A DNA stretch of 64,000 nt from Polyangiaceae bacterium. Its GTDB lineage: Bacteria > Myxococcota_A > Polyangia > Polyangiales > Polyangiaceae. The position numbers and the translations under genes were made by a program. The stretch is taken from the NCBI GenBank assembly GCA_033763455.1, contig JANRKO010000035.1:1-64000 (forward strand), given 5' to 3'. Of this stretch, positions 1 to 9,465 are shown in pieces. Below the pieces are notes generated by a model. It was not told the origin of the DNA and searched no databases. It worked only from the letters and a program-made list of their open reading frames with translations. The first letter of the stretch is position 1; each line of letters opens with the position of its first letter.

Positions 1-136
1 CACCATTTGGCCAAGACCTGCGCGATGTTTCCTCCGAACGCAATTCCAATAAACACAAACCGAAGAGCCGGATGCGGGAAATTCGCAAGTCCGGTTCTGT
101 AAGGAGCACCGGGTGGCAACACCCGGTGTTTACTTG

Positions 137-484
137 ATGGCCGAGAGCGCTGTGGAACTCCAGGTGGGTGGGCAAACCTATCGCGTGGTTTCGCGCTCAA
201 GCGATGAAGAGCTACACCGCCTCGCCAAGGTGGTGGATGCAAAGCTGCGGGCGCTGGTGCCAAGCGGTCGCCAGATCCCAACGCAAGCCTTGCTCCTAGT
301 GGCGATGGCCTTGGCGCACGATGCCGAAGCTGAGCGAGAGAAACGCATCTCGGTCGAGCAACGTTCGCGAGAAATGCTTTCGAGCATGCTAGCTCGCATC
401 GATGACGCCATCGAAACGTGTGACGCCGCCGAAGAGAAGCTGCTTTCGGGGCAGTCGCCGGCCGCGCCACTTCACGACGCCTAA
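137..484 (+). CDS. zapA: Cell division protein ZapA
   Basis: VELQVGGQTYRV...EELHRLAKVVDAKLR...LLLVAMALAHD followed by a coiled coil, typical of ZapA. ATG at 137; alternative GTG at 113. Confidence 0.85.
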   Translation: MAESAVELQVGGQTYRVVSRSSDEELHRLAKVVDAKLRALVPSGRQIPTQALLLVAMALAHDAEAEREKRISVEQRSREMLSSMLARIDDAIETCDAAEEKLLSGQSPAAPLHDA

Positions 485-520
485 GCCGAAGGCGTTCGGG
501 GGGGGAGGCCACCCGCTCAA

Positions 521-1249
521 TCAGGGAGCGCCTGGTGGCTGTTTGCAGATCGCTAAACTACCCGCGCAAACCCTGCAATCCACGCCCTCGTCAACACCTA
601 TCTGGCAAGGCGATTCGACCATGGCATCGGGCGCGGCCGTACACGTGTAGCCGTTGGCCGCAGGATCGTCGGCTGCCGCTGGATACTTCACGAGGCACCC
701 ATCGCAGACCTCCACGGTGAAAAGAAGCTCCGAAGACTGAACCTCAACGCCGCCAATCGTCTTACCGAACACCGCGACGCGCACAATGTAGAGTTCCCCC
801 GGGGTGCCTACGTTCCCAGGCAATAGAGTCGCAAAAAAGACGCCGCGCCCAGCTTCTTTTCCGTTTCCCGGATCCACAAATCCGGTGCCCGGCGTGGTGT
901 ATTCAGCAAGGACAGCGCCCGTAGAAGAGCTCACCTTAACAATCGCTCCTTCAAGCGCCACGCGGGAGGTTTCAACGCGAAGCCGCTCTGGATCTGAGCG
1001 CGACACCAGCTGATTGCCAACTAACAGCGCCGCCGTATACGGAATGTCGCCAAAGGCGCGATCTACGACACCGCGACCCAATAGCGTGGAGGTGGCGTCC
1101 GGCTTGTAGATACAAGTTGGCGGGGTCGGCGCCAGTACTCCCTGGATGTAAAGCGATGTCTCCTGGTCACTGCAGCTGGTCGCAAAGCTCACGACCCCCA
1201 TAGCAAGGAGGGAGCTGGCAAGGAGACCGCGGGAGAACAATGGCGCCAT
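521..1249 (-). CDS. Hypothetical lipoprotein, Cys-rich C-terminus
   Basis: Signal peptide with lipobox-like FATSC; several Cys pairs (CDGC, CRVC). Confidence 0.7.
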   Translation of the reverse strand: MAPLFSRGLLASSLLAMGVVSFATSCSDQETSLYIQGVLAPTPPTCIYKPDATSTLLGRGVVDRAFGDIPYTAALLVGNQLVSRSDPERLRVETSRVALEGAIVKVSSSTGAVLAEYTTPGTGFVDPGNGKEAGRGVFFATLLPGNVGTPGELYIVRVAVFGKTIGGVEVQSSELLFTVEVCDGCLVKYPAAADDPAANGYTCTAAPDAMVESPCQIGVDEGVDCRVCAGSLAICKQPPGAP

Positions 1250-1444
1250 GGGTATCGAATCGAGAAAGCTGCTCGGAGTCAGGAAAGCTCTAGCGGTAGA
1301 GTCTATCGAGGCTTGTATGCAGACGCCAATATTCCGGGTTGCACACAGAGTAGGTTCGGAGAGACTCCCGCGTCCAACTGGCGTATTTCCGCGAGTAGAG
1401 TCGGGAACCGGACCGCCGGTCGAACCAGATGGCCCCTGGCCTCC

Positions 1445-3046
1445 TCAGCTCAGCGAAGCGGCTAGCTCGGCCGTCATTCGCTCAAGCTCGGCAAGCGGGA
1501 GCATCACGCTTTGCACCGCTCCCACCCCCTTGGCCACCACGAATCGAAGCTGAGCCCCGGTGCGCTTCTTATCCCGTCCGATCAAGGCGATCGCACTTTC
1601 CAACTGAGCGCGGTCAAGCGCGGTGGGTAGGTTCAATTGTCGAAGTACTGACTCTACCTCGCGGGTAAGCGACGATGGAGTGGCCCCTAGGCGCTCGCCG
1701 ATGCGAAGGGCTGCCACGAGCCCCAAGCTAACAGCTTCTCCGTGTGCCAAAACACCGTAACCCGCATCCGATTCCAGAGCGTGGCCGATCGTGTGTCCCA
1801 GGTTCAACGTGGCCCGCACACCACTTTCCTTCTGATCCACACTCACTACATTGGCTTTAACGCGAATGCAGCGGCGCACGATATCTTCGATGCAAGCCGG
1901 ATCACGCGTGAGAATTGACGCCGCCTGCGTTTTACAGATTTCGAACAACTCTTCGTCCCCGATGATGGCTGTTTTCACGACCTCTGCAAGGCCGCTCACG
2001 AAGCCACGCTGGGGCTCCGTAGCAAGCACGTCGATGTCGCATAGAACGCGCCTGGGGTGGCAGAACGCCCCCACCGAATTTTTGGCGTCTTTGTAGTCAA
2101 TAGCCGTTTTTCCACCGACCGAAGCGTCCACCATGGAGAGCAGCGTCGTGGGCAACCCAGCCCAGGCTATTCCCCGCATCCACGTAGCCGCCGCAAACCC
2201 GGCCATATCGGTGACCACCCCACCACCCAACGCCACGATGATGCTTTTGCGATCCAAAGTCTGAGCGTGGCAAGCGTCCCAAATCTGGCTCAGGCTTTGG
2301 ACGTCCTTGTGGGGCTCTCCGGGTTCGAGCTCGCACAAACCCGTGGGCGCGTTTTGCCTAAGGCTCTCAAGTAGGCCCCGGCCGTGCAACGGGAAAACGT
2401 TGCGGTCGGTGACGAGCAAAGTGTTGGTGAAACCCTTCACAATGCCGGGCAGACGCGCCGCCAAAATGCCATGCCCCACCTGAACAACGTGGGAGGCCTC
2501 TTCGGCAGCTACGGCGATCGGATCGTCTTTCCAAACTTCGAGTGCCCGTTGTGCCAGCGCTTCGACGCTTTCGGCGTCGGTTGCAAGCACTGCATGCGCC
2601 TCAAGGTAACTGCGCTCACGCAATGCCAATAGTGATTCAGCGCGCTCCCGGACATCTTCGCCGTCGAGCAGCGGGCGGCCGCTGTGCACAGAAACCCGCC
2701 TAGCTATGGTTTCAGGTGTTGCCGTAAGCGTTACCACAACCGCCTGATTCAAAGCGTCGACGCGAGTTGAACGTTGCAGGAGCGCACCACCACCGAGCGC
2801 CACGACAGGCGGCAACCCCAAACGATCTCGCCAACCTCCGAGCACCCGAACCAATTCTTCCTGCTCCAGCTTCCGGAAAGCCTGCTCGCCGCGTTCCTTG
2901 AAGATGGTGGCCACGCTGGTTTGGGCACGAGCTTCAATCTCCGCGTCCAAATCAACAAAGGGGCTGCCCGTGAGCTCTGCGAGCTTCCGGCCCACGCTGG
3001 ATTTACCGGTGGCCATAAAGCCGTTCAAAAGAAGGGGGCGCCGCAT
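1445..3046 (-). CDS. aroB: Bifunctional shikimate kinase / 3-dehydroquinate synthase (AroK-AroB fusion)
   Basis: N-terminal GFMATGKS, DLD and GEQAFR (AroK); C-terminal GGGVVTD, PTTLLSMVDASVGGKT and LNLGHTIGHALE (AroB). ATG at 3046. Confidence 0.93.
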   Translation of the reverse strand: MRRPLLLNGFMATGKSSVGRKLAELTGSPFVDLDAEIEARAQTSVATIFKERGEQAFRKLEQEELVRVLGGWRDRLGLPPVVALGGGALLQRSTRVDALNQAVVVTLTATPETIARRVSVHSGRPLLDGEDVRERAESLLALRERSYLEAHAVLATDAESVEALAQRALEVWKDDPIAVAAEEASHVVQVGHGILAARLPGIVKGFTNTLLVTDRNVFPLHGRGLLESLRQNAPTGLCELEPGEPHKDVQSLSQIWDACHAQTLDRKSIIVALGGGVVTDMAGFAAATWMRGIAWAGLPTTLLSMVDASVGGKTAIDYKDAKNSVGAFCHPRRVLCDIDVLATEPQRGFVSGLAEVVKTAIIGDEELFEICKTQAASILTRDPACIEDIVRRCIRVKANVVSVDQKESGVRATLNLGHTIGHALESDAGYGVLAHGEAVSLGLVAALRIGERLGATPSSLTREVESVLRQLNLPTALDRAQLESAIALIGRDKKRTGAQLRFVVAKGVGAVQSVMLPLAELERMTAELAASLS

Positions 3047-3149
3047 CAAGCTCTCCAAAACAAGGGGGTTGGTGGGGCGGTCTGTAGCACAGGCGCGTCG
3101 ACCGCAAAGGGGTGGTGCCCGGGCACTGGTCGGGATAGAGCTTTTGAGG

Positions 3150-3470
3150 ATGCCGCCCCCTCGGGACGAGCTGCAGTTTGAAGAAGACGCGGTGGGTCGT
3201 GTGAGGTTTCGCGTGTTCGCTAAACCCCGAGCAGCCAAGTCGCGAATCGTGGGGGTACGCGACGGCGCCCTTGAGCTAGCCCTCGCGGCCCCGCCGGTAG
3301 AAGGCGCTGCAAATGAGGAACTGGTGGCATTTCTAGCCCGTTGCCTCGATCTCCCGAAGAGAGACGTGGAGCTCCTTAGGGGTCAGACGGGGCGGCACAA
3401 GCTCGTGGCCGTTACGGGGCTTACGGGCTCGGAGATCCACGCGCGGTTGATGGGGCTGGCGGGGCGCTGA
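3150..3470 (+). CDS. DUF167 / YggU family protein
   Basis: KPRAAKSRIVG...AAPPVEGAANEEL...GQTGRHK motif. Confidence 0.88.
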   Translation: MPPPRDELQFEEDAVGRVRFRVFAKPRAAKSRIVGVRDGALELALAAPPVEGAANEELVAFLARCLDLPKRDVELLRGQTGRHKLVAVTGLTGSEIHARLMGLAGR

Positions 3471-3508
3471 ATTGGGTCAGGTCGTCAGAAAGAAGCACCT
3501 TGGAACAA

Positions 3509-3892
3509 CTACACCGCGAGCACCGGCACTCCTGAGAAGTGAATCGCCAACTTCTCGAAGTCTTCCGCATCACCCGTAACGACAACGGCACCGAGCAGCG
3601 CAGCCGTAGCCATCACAATCGCATCCAAGGTGAGCTTTGCGTCGACGTTCTTCGCGCGCGCAAGCGCAGTGCCTGCCGCTTTCATGATCTCGACGGTTCC
3701 TACGATCTGTGTCGAAGCGAGAACTTCGTCCCGAACGTCAGTCCTCCCACGCCACCATTCCGCAACCACAGGCAGCGGAACAACAATCCGTGCGCGACCT
3801 GCGCGCACTAACTGGAGGAAGCGGGTTGCGCGTTGCTTGCCGCGCTCCGCGGAGATAAGCGCGCCAGTGTCAAACACGTAGGTGGGGATCAC
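3509..3892 (-). CDS. PIN-domain (VapC-like) toxin
   Basis: VFDTGALI, VVAE, DAIVMATA and VVTGD acidic PIN motifs; overlaps the upstream gene by 4 bp. Confidence 0.88.
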   Translation of the reverse strand: MIPTYVFDTGALISAERGKQRATRFLQLVRAGRARIVVPLPVVAEWWRGRTDVRDEVLASTQIVGTVEIMKAAGTALARAKNVDAKLTLDAIVMATAALLGAVVVTGDAEDFEKLAIHFSGVPVLAV

Positions 3893-4179
3893 GCGGCCTT
3901 GCGTTTGGTTCGTCGCTTCCGCAAGGCGGCGATCTCGTCGTTGATCTGCCTCTGAATCGCGTCTGCTTGCTGGGTAGTAACGTCAGGAAGACCCTTCCTC
4001 CTTAGAAACTTCCCCGCCGCCGTACGTCGGCGCGCATCCTCAGCAAGGTCCGTCACGAGAGCCGACATATTCCCGCCGAAGGCACTATCTGCGAGTGCAC
4101 GAAGCGCCCGCTTGGTTTCGGGGTCAACGGATACCGAAAACGTCTCCGTGGCGCCCGCCCTGCGCTGACTCTTTTTCAT
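3889..4179 (-). CDS. Putative antitoxin (ribbon-helix-helix-like)
   Basis: 96 aa; TETFSVSVDPETKRALRALA...GNMSALV fits an RHH pattern; coupled directly upstream of the PIN gene. Confidence 0.72.
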   Translation of the reverse strand: MKKSQRRAGATETFSVSVDPETKRALRALADSAFGGNMSALVTDLAEDARRRTAAGKFLRRKGLPDVTTQQADAIQRQINDEIAALRKRRTKRKAA

Positions 4180-4199
4180 GCTGACGGTGTAGCATGAAA
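4174..4199. promoter_or_regulatory. Palindromic operator over the antitoxin start and promoter
   Basis: TTTCATGCT-N8-AGCATGAAA, a perfect 9-bp inverted repeat covering the ATG. Confidence 0.6.
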
Positions 4200-4443
4200 C
4201 GCCATGCGTTCACAGTTGGAACGCTCAGCTAGCGAGGTGCGACCTTGGTGGCTGGTAGCGGGACTGGACACCAACCGAGACTCCTCCCTTCTAGCGGCCC
4301 CGCGTCGTGAGTGCTGGCGGGAAACCGTAGTTGAACTATGCGAGCGGCGCCTCAATCATCCCAAAGCCAATCCGGGTTCGAGCGGTCCTGGTAGTTTCGG
4401 GTTTCCTTCGCCTGGCGCGGGCGTACACTCGCCCCCCCCCGCT

Positions 4444-5250
4444 ATGCCCCTCACGTTCACAAAATACGAAGGGCTCGGCAACGACTTCATTGTCGTTGAC
4501 GGCCACGAAGCTGATGTAACGCCGGAGATCGCTCGGGCGTTGTGTGATCGGAATTTTGGCATCGGCGGGGACGGCGTGTTGCTGGTGCTGCCCGCTCGGG
4601 ATCCAGGCGCACGTGCCCGCATGTTGGTTCTGAATGCGGATGGATCGCGTCCGCAGATGTGCGGCAATGGGCTGCGCTGCGTAGCGCTACACTTGGCCTT
4701 GGCGGATGAAGCGTCGCAAATCGTGTATAGCATCGAGACGGACTCAGGCACTCGCCGCGCGGAAGTTGCGCGTAACGGCAACCGAGCTGAGGTGAAGCTC
4801 GGAATGGGTGTGGCGCAAATGTTGGGCGAAAGACGCCTCCAGGTGGACCGCGGTCAGTGCTCGTTCCTGGAGGTTTCCGTGGGGAACCCTCACGCCGTCA
4901 CCTTCGAGCCAGGCTTTGACCTTGTGGCGATCGATCGTATTGCACCGCTGGTTTCTTCCAAGATTGAGGGCGGCGCTAATATTGAGTTTGTAGTTCAGAA
5001 GGATGCTTCGCACCTGGACTTGGTGGTGTGGGAGCGTGGCGTCGGGCGCACTTTGGCCTGTGGCACCGGAGCTGCTGCTGCTGCCGCTGCTGCTGCTGTG
5101 TCCGGCCGCATCGCCTTCGATCAGCCGGTGGAGGTACGTTTACCGGGTGGGCCGCTGGAGCTCACGGTGCACCAGGGAAGCCTGGAAGTGGACCTCAAAG
5201 GTCCCGCGCGCAGGGTTTTTCAGGGCGAAATCGCCGTCCCGTCGTTCTAG
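4444..5250 (+). CDS. dapF: Diaminopimelate epimerase
   Basis: KYEGLGNDF, GIGGDG, NADGS..MCGNGLRC, GNPH and ERGVGRTLACGTG. Confidence 0.96.
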   Translation: MPLTFTKYEGLGNDFIVVDGHEADVTPEIARALCDRNFGIGGDGVLLVLPARDPGARARMLVLNADGSRPQMCGNGLRCVALHLALADEASQIVYSIETDSGTRRAEVARNGNRAEVKLGMGVAQMLGERRLQVDRGQCSFLEVSVGNPHAVTFEPGFDLVAIDRIAPLVSSKIEGGANIEFVVQKDASHLDLVVWERGVGRTLACGTGAAAAAAAAAVSGRIAFDQPVEVRLPGGPLELTVHQGSLEVDLKGPARRVFQGEIAVPSF

Positions 5251-5340
5251 CCCACGTCCAAAGGAACCTGGCCCCACGTCAGCGGAAACACGGGCGCACA
5301 TTCTGAAGCCCGCTCAAGACTGTCGCATCCAGCCCAAGAC

Positions 5341-6135
5341 CTAGTGTTTAAGGCGTTCGAGCTCGGCTTCGAGCTGGGCAATCCGCGCCTCGGCGTCTTC
5401 TGCACGACGCTTCTCGTCTTCTGCACGCTCAGCTTCCTGCTCAGCGCGGAGCTCGGCCACCAAAAGCTTGCTCTGGAGATCTTCGGCTAAGAAGTTGGCG
5501 CGTGCTAGCAACTCCTCAGTGTTGGGCACCACTGCCGTGCCGGCGTAGAACCGCAGACGATCACCCTCTAACCCAAGATCTAAACCGAGAATCAACGACC
5601 GCCACCGGCCCTGCTGCGGGATCAAAGGAGAGTAAGCAGTGCCGCCTGGCGGCAAACGCCAGCCGTAAAGACGGTGGTTTTTGCGATCGAAGACGAAATA
5701 TTCGGCTATCCCAAGCGCTGCGAACTTCGCGACATTGATCTCTAGGTCCTTTTTCCGGCTGCCTTCTACCGTGACTTCGAGCGCGAAATCTAAGCCCTTG
5801 CCTTCGGCCGCAACGACCCACCTCTGCCGTTCGTGGACCTCAACGTCCATGACGGCGAGCAGATCCGGCGCGATCACCGGTGCACCGGGGTAGTACACGG
5901 GTAGTTCGCTCGACAAATAGACACGGCGTCCGGCTTTGCGAAAGTAAGCGTCCAATGCGTCGAGCGCCTGGTGCTTAGGGACACGGTGCACATCGCCCTC
6001 GGGTGGGGCAAGTTCGAATTCGGATGGTAGCTGGTCGATAACCCGCTGCCGTTCCCTCGGCGTAAGACGCCCCCACGTCTCCAGATCGGGAGCTCGTGGG
6101 TCGTTGAGATCGACCTCGTAGGGTGCGCCGGCCAT
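5341..6135 (-). CDS. Uma2 family PD-(D/E)xK endonuclease with C-terminal coiled coil
   Basis: EGDVH, APDLLAV, ALEV, KKDL and GIAEYFVFD; tail AEQEAERAEDEKRRAEDAEAR. Alternative start at 6150. Confidence 0.85.
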   Translation of the reverse strand: MAGAPYEVDLNDPRAPDLETWGRLTPRERQRVIDQLPSEFELAPPEGDVHRVPKHQALDALDAYFRKAGRRVYLSSELPVYYPGAPVIAPDLLAVMDVEVHERQRWVVAAEGKGLDFALEVTVEGSRKKDLEINVAKFAALGIAEYFVFDRKNHRLYGWRLPPGGTAYSPLIPQQGRWRSLILGLDLGLEGDRLRFYAGTAVVPNTEELLARANFLAEDLQSKLLVAELRAEQEAERAEDEKRRAEDAEARIAQLEAELERLKH

Positions 6136-6304
6136 GCGGTACACTAGCACGGGCGGGAATCGCCAGGAATTGGCGGAAATTGGGCGGAACCGAGTAGGTT
6201 CCCGGACGAAATCGGCCCTTTCTAAGGGGTCTTTGCGCGGTGGCGGCCGGGCGATCCGCCTAAAATTCGGCCCGATCGTTCGCGGTGTGTTAGCCGCCTA
6301 CACT

Positions 6305-9300
6305 ATGCAAGAGGACCGCTCTATTTCGGCAGAGCCCGAACGCGCCGCCCAGACCGAATTCATCCAAGGCTTTTCACGGCGATTAGCGGGCCTGCGTGAG
6401 GCCCTCACAGTCCTCCGTCAGCGCCCAGACGACAGAGCGGCCCGCGACCAACTCCAGCGGCGGCTCCACGCGGTGGCCACGGCCACTCAGGTGCTCGGCC
6501 TTGCGAGCGCGGCGGAAGCACTGCTGGATGCAGTGCGGCTGCTGGAAAACGCCAGCCGGGGCGGCGTTACCCCCGAGCAGGTGCAAACGCTCAACCGGGT
6601 GTTGGAAATCGTGCCAGAGCTCCTCCATGAACGCCCAGTTCCTTCAACAGAAGATTGGCAGGGCGCAAGCCCAGTACATGTGTTGGTCTTTGGAGCACCA
6701 TTCATTGTGGAAGGGCTCGGAAACGGCCGCAGACAGATCGAGTGTTTTCTCACCGACGATTTCACCGAAGCCCTGGAGCACCTGCGCACCCACGGGCCCA
6801 ACGTAGCTGTTGTCGACAGTGGGGCGCGACAAGCACGGCAACTCATCCGTGCCATTACCACCGATAGCACCACAGAGCCCATACCCGTGCTCGTGTTAAC
6901 GCCGCCCGGCGAAGGAAGTGCTCAGCACTGGATCCAGGCGGGTGCCTCGGCCGTGCTGAAGCTCCCCTTGAGCCCCGAAGACTTCCGACGAACACTCTTT
7001 TCGTTCGGCAGCAAAGAAGCCTCGGGCCTTTCGAAAGAGGGCTTGGGCCAGCTGGATCTAGCCTCACTTTCGCGGAAGATTGCCGAAGAAATCCAATCCG
7101 CACTCGTGACCGATGCGCTCACCGAGGGGGATGATGTGGCGATCGACTTTGGCAAAGGCAGCGAAGTCATCGCGGCTGTGTGGGGAGCCGTGGCCAAGGT
7201 GCGCCAAGTAGTTGCCGTGGCCTCGGCCGGGCAGGTGCGCTTCAAAGATAGTGGCCCCGTGGGCAGCGTTGTGTTGGACGGCCTTGCAAGCACGAGCCGA
7301 GGAACCCTAGCGCGCGACGCGGGGAACCTTGCCCAGGTGGAGCTCAAGGGGCGAAAGGCTGTCGTGGCCGATGATGATCCAGCCATTGTGTGGCTCCTTT
7401 CCGATGTGCTGAAGAGCGTGGGCATGCAGGTTTTTGAGGCCAAAGATGGCGAGCAAGCCCTGGAGTTGGTCCGCGATCATTGGCCAGATTTGGTGATCAC
7501 GGATGTGGTGATGCCGCGGCTCGATGGTCTTGAGCTCTGCCGGCAGTTGAAGCGCGATATCGCGGTGCGCGATGTGCCCGTGATCCTGCTCTCCTGGAAG
7601 GAAGATCTGCTGCAGCGGGTGCGTGAGCTCGGTGTTTCCGCAGACGGCTACATACGCAAGGAAACCGACGCGGGTACCCTAATGGAAAGGGTGCGAGAAG
7701 TCTTGCGCCCGCGTGCCCGAGTCGAAGCGCGTCTTCTGGCTCGCGCCCCGGTAAGTGGTCGGCTCGATGGGCTCACCCCGCGCTGGCTATTAGAGGGCGC
7801 TCGTCGTTTTACGGGAGATGCTCGCATTCAGCTTCACGATGCGGCGTATGTCTACGAAGTCGAACTCCGTGAGGGAGAGCCCGTAACCGCGACGCGCACC
7901 AACGGTGAGGGCTCGGTGGAGCGTGGAAAGAAAGTGCTGCGAGCCTTCCTCGGCGTGAGTGCGGGGCGCTTCGAGCTGAAGCCCGAAAGTACGAGCGTCA
8001 CCCGCGAACTCTACGGCACGCTCGAAGAGCAGATCTTGCCACTCATCGATCAAGCACGAGAAATCTCGAGAACCCTTTCCGCTTCGGCACTGCTCAACAT
8101 CGAGAGCGTGGAGCTGGACGCAAAAATGGCCTCGGGGTACCTCGGTTCGACGCCCCTTTCGGCACGCTTGCTCACGCAGCGACTGCTTTCCGGGGCATCT
8201 CCGCGAGATCTAATTTTATCGGGGGAGTTTGCTCCGAGTGCCGTGCATTCGGTGTTGTGGGATCTCAATCTCCACGGTGCCATCGAGGAAGTTCATTCGC
8301 TCGATCTCGCCCTGTGTGGACCCGAAGTTGTCGCCCCAAGTGGCTTCAGTTTTCAGCTTTCACCAGAGCCCGCCAAGGTAATGCCCGTGAACGGGGCTTT
8401 GCTCACAGGCCTCGATCTCACGCCTTCCGATCTCGGGAACGCCGTGCTCAGCCTGGCCGCTGATACGAGTCCCTGGCCAGCAAAGGCCACTCCTAAGATT
8501 GTCCTAGCTCCCGCCAGACAAGCCGAAGCTGTGGTCAACCAACCTCAACCTGGTGTTGAGCATTCTCTAGCCTCCACTGAGCAACCTCAAGCCCCCACCG
8601 AGCAACCTCAAGCTATCTCCCAACTGCCTCCAATCACCACCGAACAGCCCCAAGCCTCAGTCGAGCCGCCCGACACCAGCGCCGATAGCATCCTTCCGAT
8701 CCCGCCAACCCCTGTCGTCGTTCGTCACCCAGCCAGGCGCCCTGAGGCCGAAGATGAGAGTCCCGTGGAAGCGGTGATTGCGAGTGAAGCCCTGGGATTT
8801 GGAGGAACACCGGAAGCTCCGAGTGTGGGTTCGGCCTGGCCAGACGATTCGGAAGAGGCCTCGCCCGCAGCACCCCCCGTCGCCGGTGATGGAGCCAACG
8901 CGCCTCCAGCCAGCATTCGAACGCGGCTTGTTGGCTGGTCGAAGGCCCTGGTGCCGCCAGCCGCCGCAGCTGTCGTTGCGTTCGGCCTGGTTCGTTACGT
9001 AGTGGTCCCGAGCCTGGCTCCGAGTGCTACGGCAGACACGCAAGTGGCCGGCCAGACCCAACCCGCAGCCCAAGCTCCTGCTCAGCCTGGCATCGAGGGG
9101 AACGTTGCATCTCCCCCGAACGCTGTGGCCTCAAGCCTGCAGGTAGCCGCGAGTGCCCCAAAACCCCCGCAAATCGAGACTCTCCCCGCGCCCGAAGGCA
9201 TTCCAGTGCCAACCGGCTTGGGGCTCTTGTTGCTCGAAACGGGAGCCCGCCACAGCTTCTACCTCGACGGCGACTTCATCGGCGTGGGCCCCCGCCGTTA

Positions 9301-9433
9301 CGCGCAGCTACCGCCCGGCAAACACGAGGTTAGACTAAGCCTTCCTGGCGCCGAGCAGACCTTCAGTGTGTCCATCGAACCGGGCAAAATGACTCGGGTA
9401 AGGCCCGCCGACGGCCTGCCCGCAACACCTTAG
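6305..9433 (+). CDS. Multidomain response regulator: Hpt-like, two REC, DUF4388-like, Pro-rich linker, TM, PEGA-like
   Basis: REC motifs VVADDDP and PDLVITDVVMPRLDGLELC; N-terminal helical LQRRLHAV; a hydrophobic TM segment; C-terminal FYLDGDFIG...LPPGKHEVRL. Confidence 0.75.
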   Translation: MQEDRSISAEPERAAQTEFIQGFSRRLAGLREALTVLRQRPDDRAARDQLQRRLHAVATATQVLGLASAAEALLDAVRLLENASRGGVTPEQVQTLNRVLEIVPELLHERPVPSTEDWQGASPVHVLVFGAPFIVEGLGNGRRQIECFLTDDFTEALEHLRTHGPNVAVVDSGARQARQLIRAITTDSTTEPIPVLVLTPPGEGSAQHWIQAGASAVLKLPLSPEDFRRTLFSFGSKEASGLSKEGLGQLDLASLSRKIAEEIQSALVTDALTEGDDVAIDFGKGSEVIAAVWGAVAKVRQVVAVASAGQVRFKDSGPVGSVVLDGLASTSRGTLARDAGNLAQVELKGRKAVVADDDPAIVWLLSDVLKSVGMQVFEAKDGEQALELVRDHWPDLVITDVVMPRLDGLELCRQLKRDIAVRDVPVILLSWKEDLLQRVRELGVSADGYIRKETDAGTLMERVREVLRPRARVEARLLARAPVSGRLDGLTPRWLLEGARRFTGDARIQLHDAAYVYEVELREGEPVTATRTNGEGSVERGKKVLRAFLGVSAGRFELKPESTSVTRELYGTLEEQILPLIDQAREISRTLSASALLNIESVELDAKMASGYLGSTPLSARLLTQRLLSGASPRDLILSGEFAPSAVHSVLWDLNLHGAIEEVHSLDLALCGPEVVAPSGFSFQLSPEPAKVMPVNGALLTGLDLTPSDLGNAVLSLAADTSPWPAKATPKIVLAPARQAEAVVNQPQPGVEHSLASTEQPQAPTEQPQAISQLPPITTEQPQASVEPPDTSADSILPIPPTPVVVRHPARRPEAEDESPVEAVIASEALGFGGTPEAPSVGSAWPDDSEEASPAAPPVAGDGANAPPASIRTRLVGWSKALVPPAAAAVVAFGLVRYVVVPSLAPSATADTQVAGQTQPAAQAPAQPGIEGNVASPPNAVASSLQVAASAPKPPQIETLPAPEGIPVPTGLGLLLLETGARHSFYLDGDFIGVGPRRYAQLPPGKHEVRLSLPGAEQTFSVSIEPGKMTRVRPADGLPATP
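8571..8675 (+). repeat. Intragenic degenerate 21-bp tandem repeat (TEQPQAP-like heptads)
   Basis: CCTCCACTGAGCAACCTCAAG / CCCCCACCGAGCAACCTCAAG / ... about 5 decaying units. Confidence 0.65.
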
Positions 9434-9465
9434 CCCCAAGAGTAAAAGAAAGCCCCAAGGGAACT

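Noticed and set aside
485..520. 6S RNA, often found after zapA
   Set aside because: Only 36 bp separate zapA from the convergent gene, leaving no room.
1250..1444. tRNA or riboswitch in intergenic gaps with GGTTCG (also ~4375)
   Set aside because: No cloverleaf or recognisable aptamer consensus could be built.
1445..3046. AroK-AroB fusion as a novelty
   Set aside because: This fusion is well known in several phyla.
4204..4443. N-terminal extensions in the ORF track for dapF (also aroK-aroB, the DnaJ-like gene, cysS, pyrD)
   Set aside because: Family motifs begin at downstream starts, and the extensions overlap promoters or neighbours.
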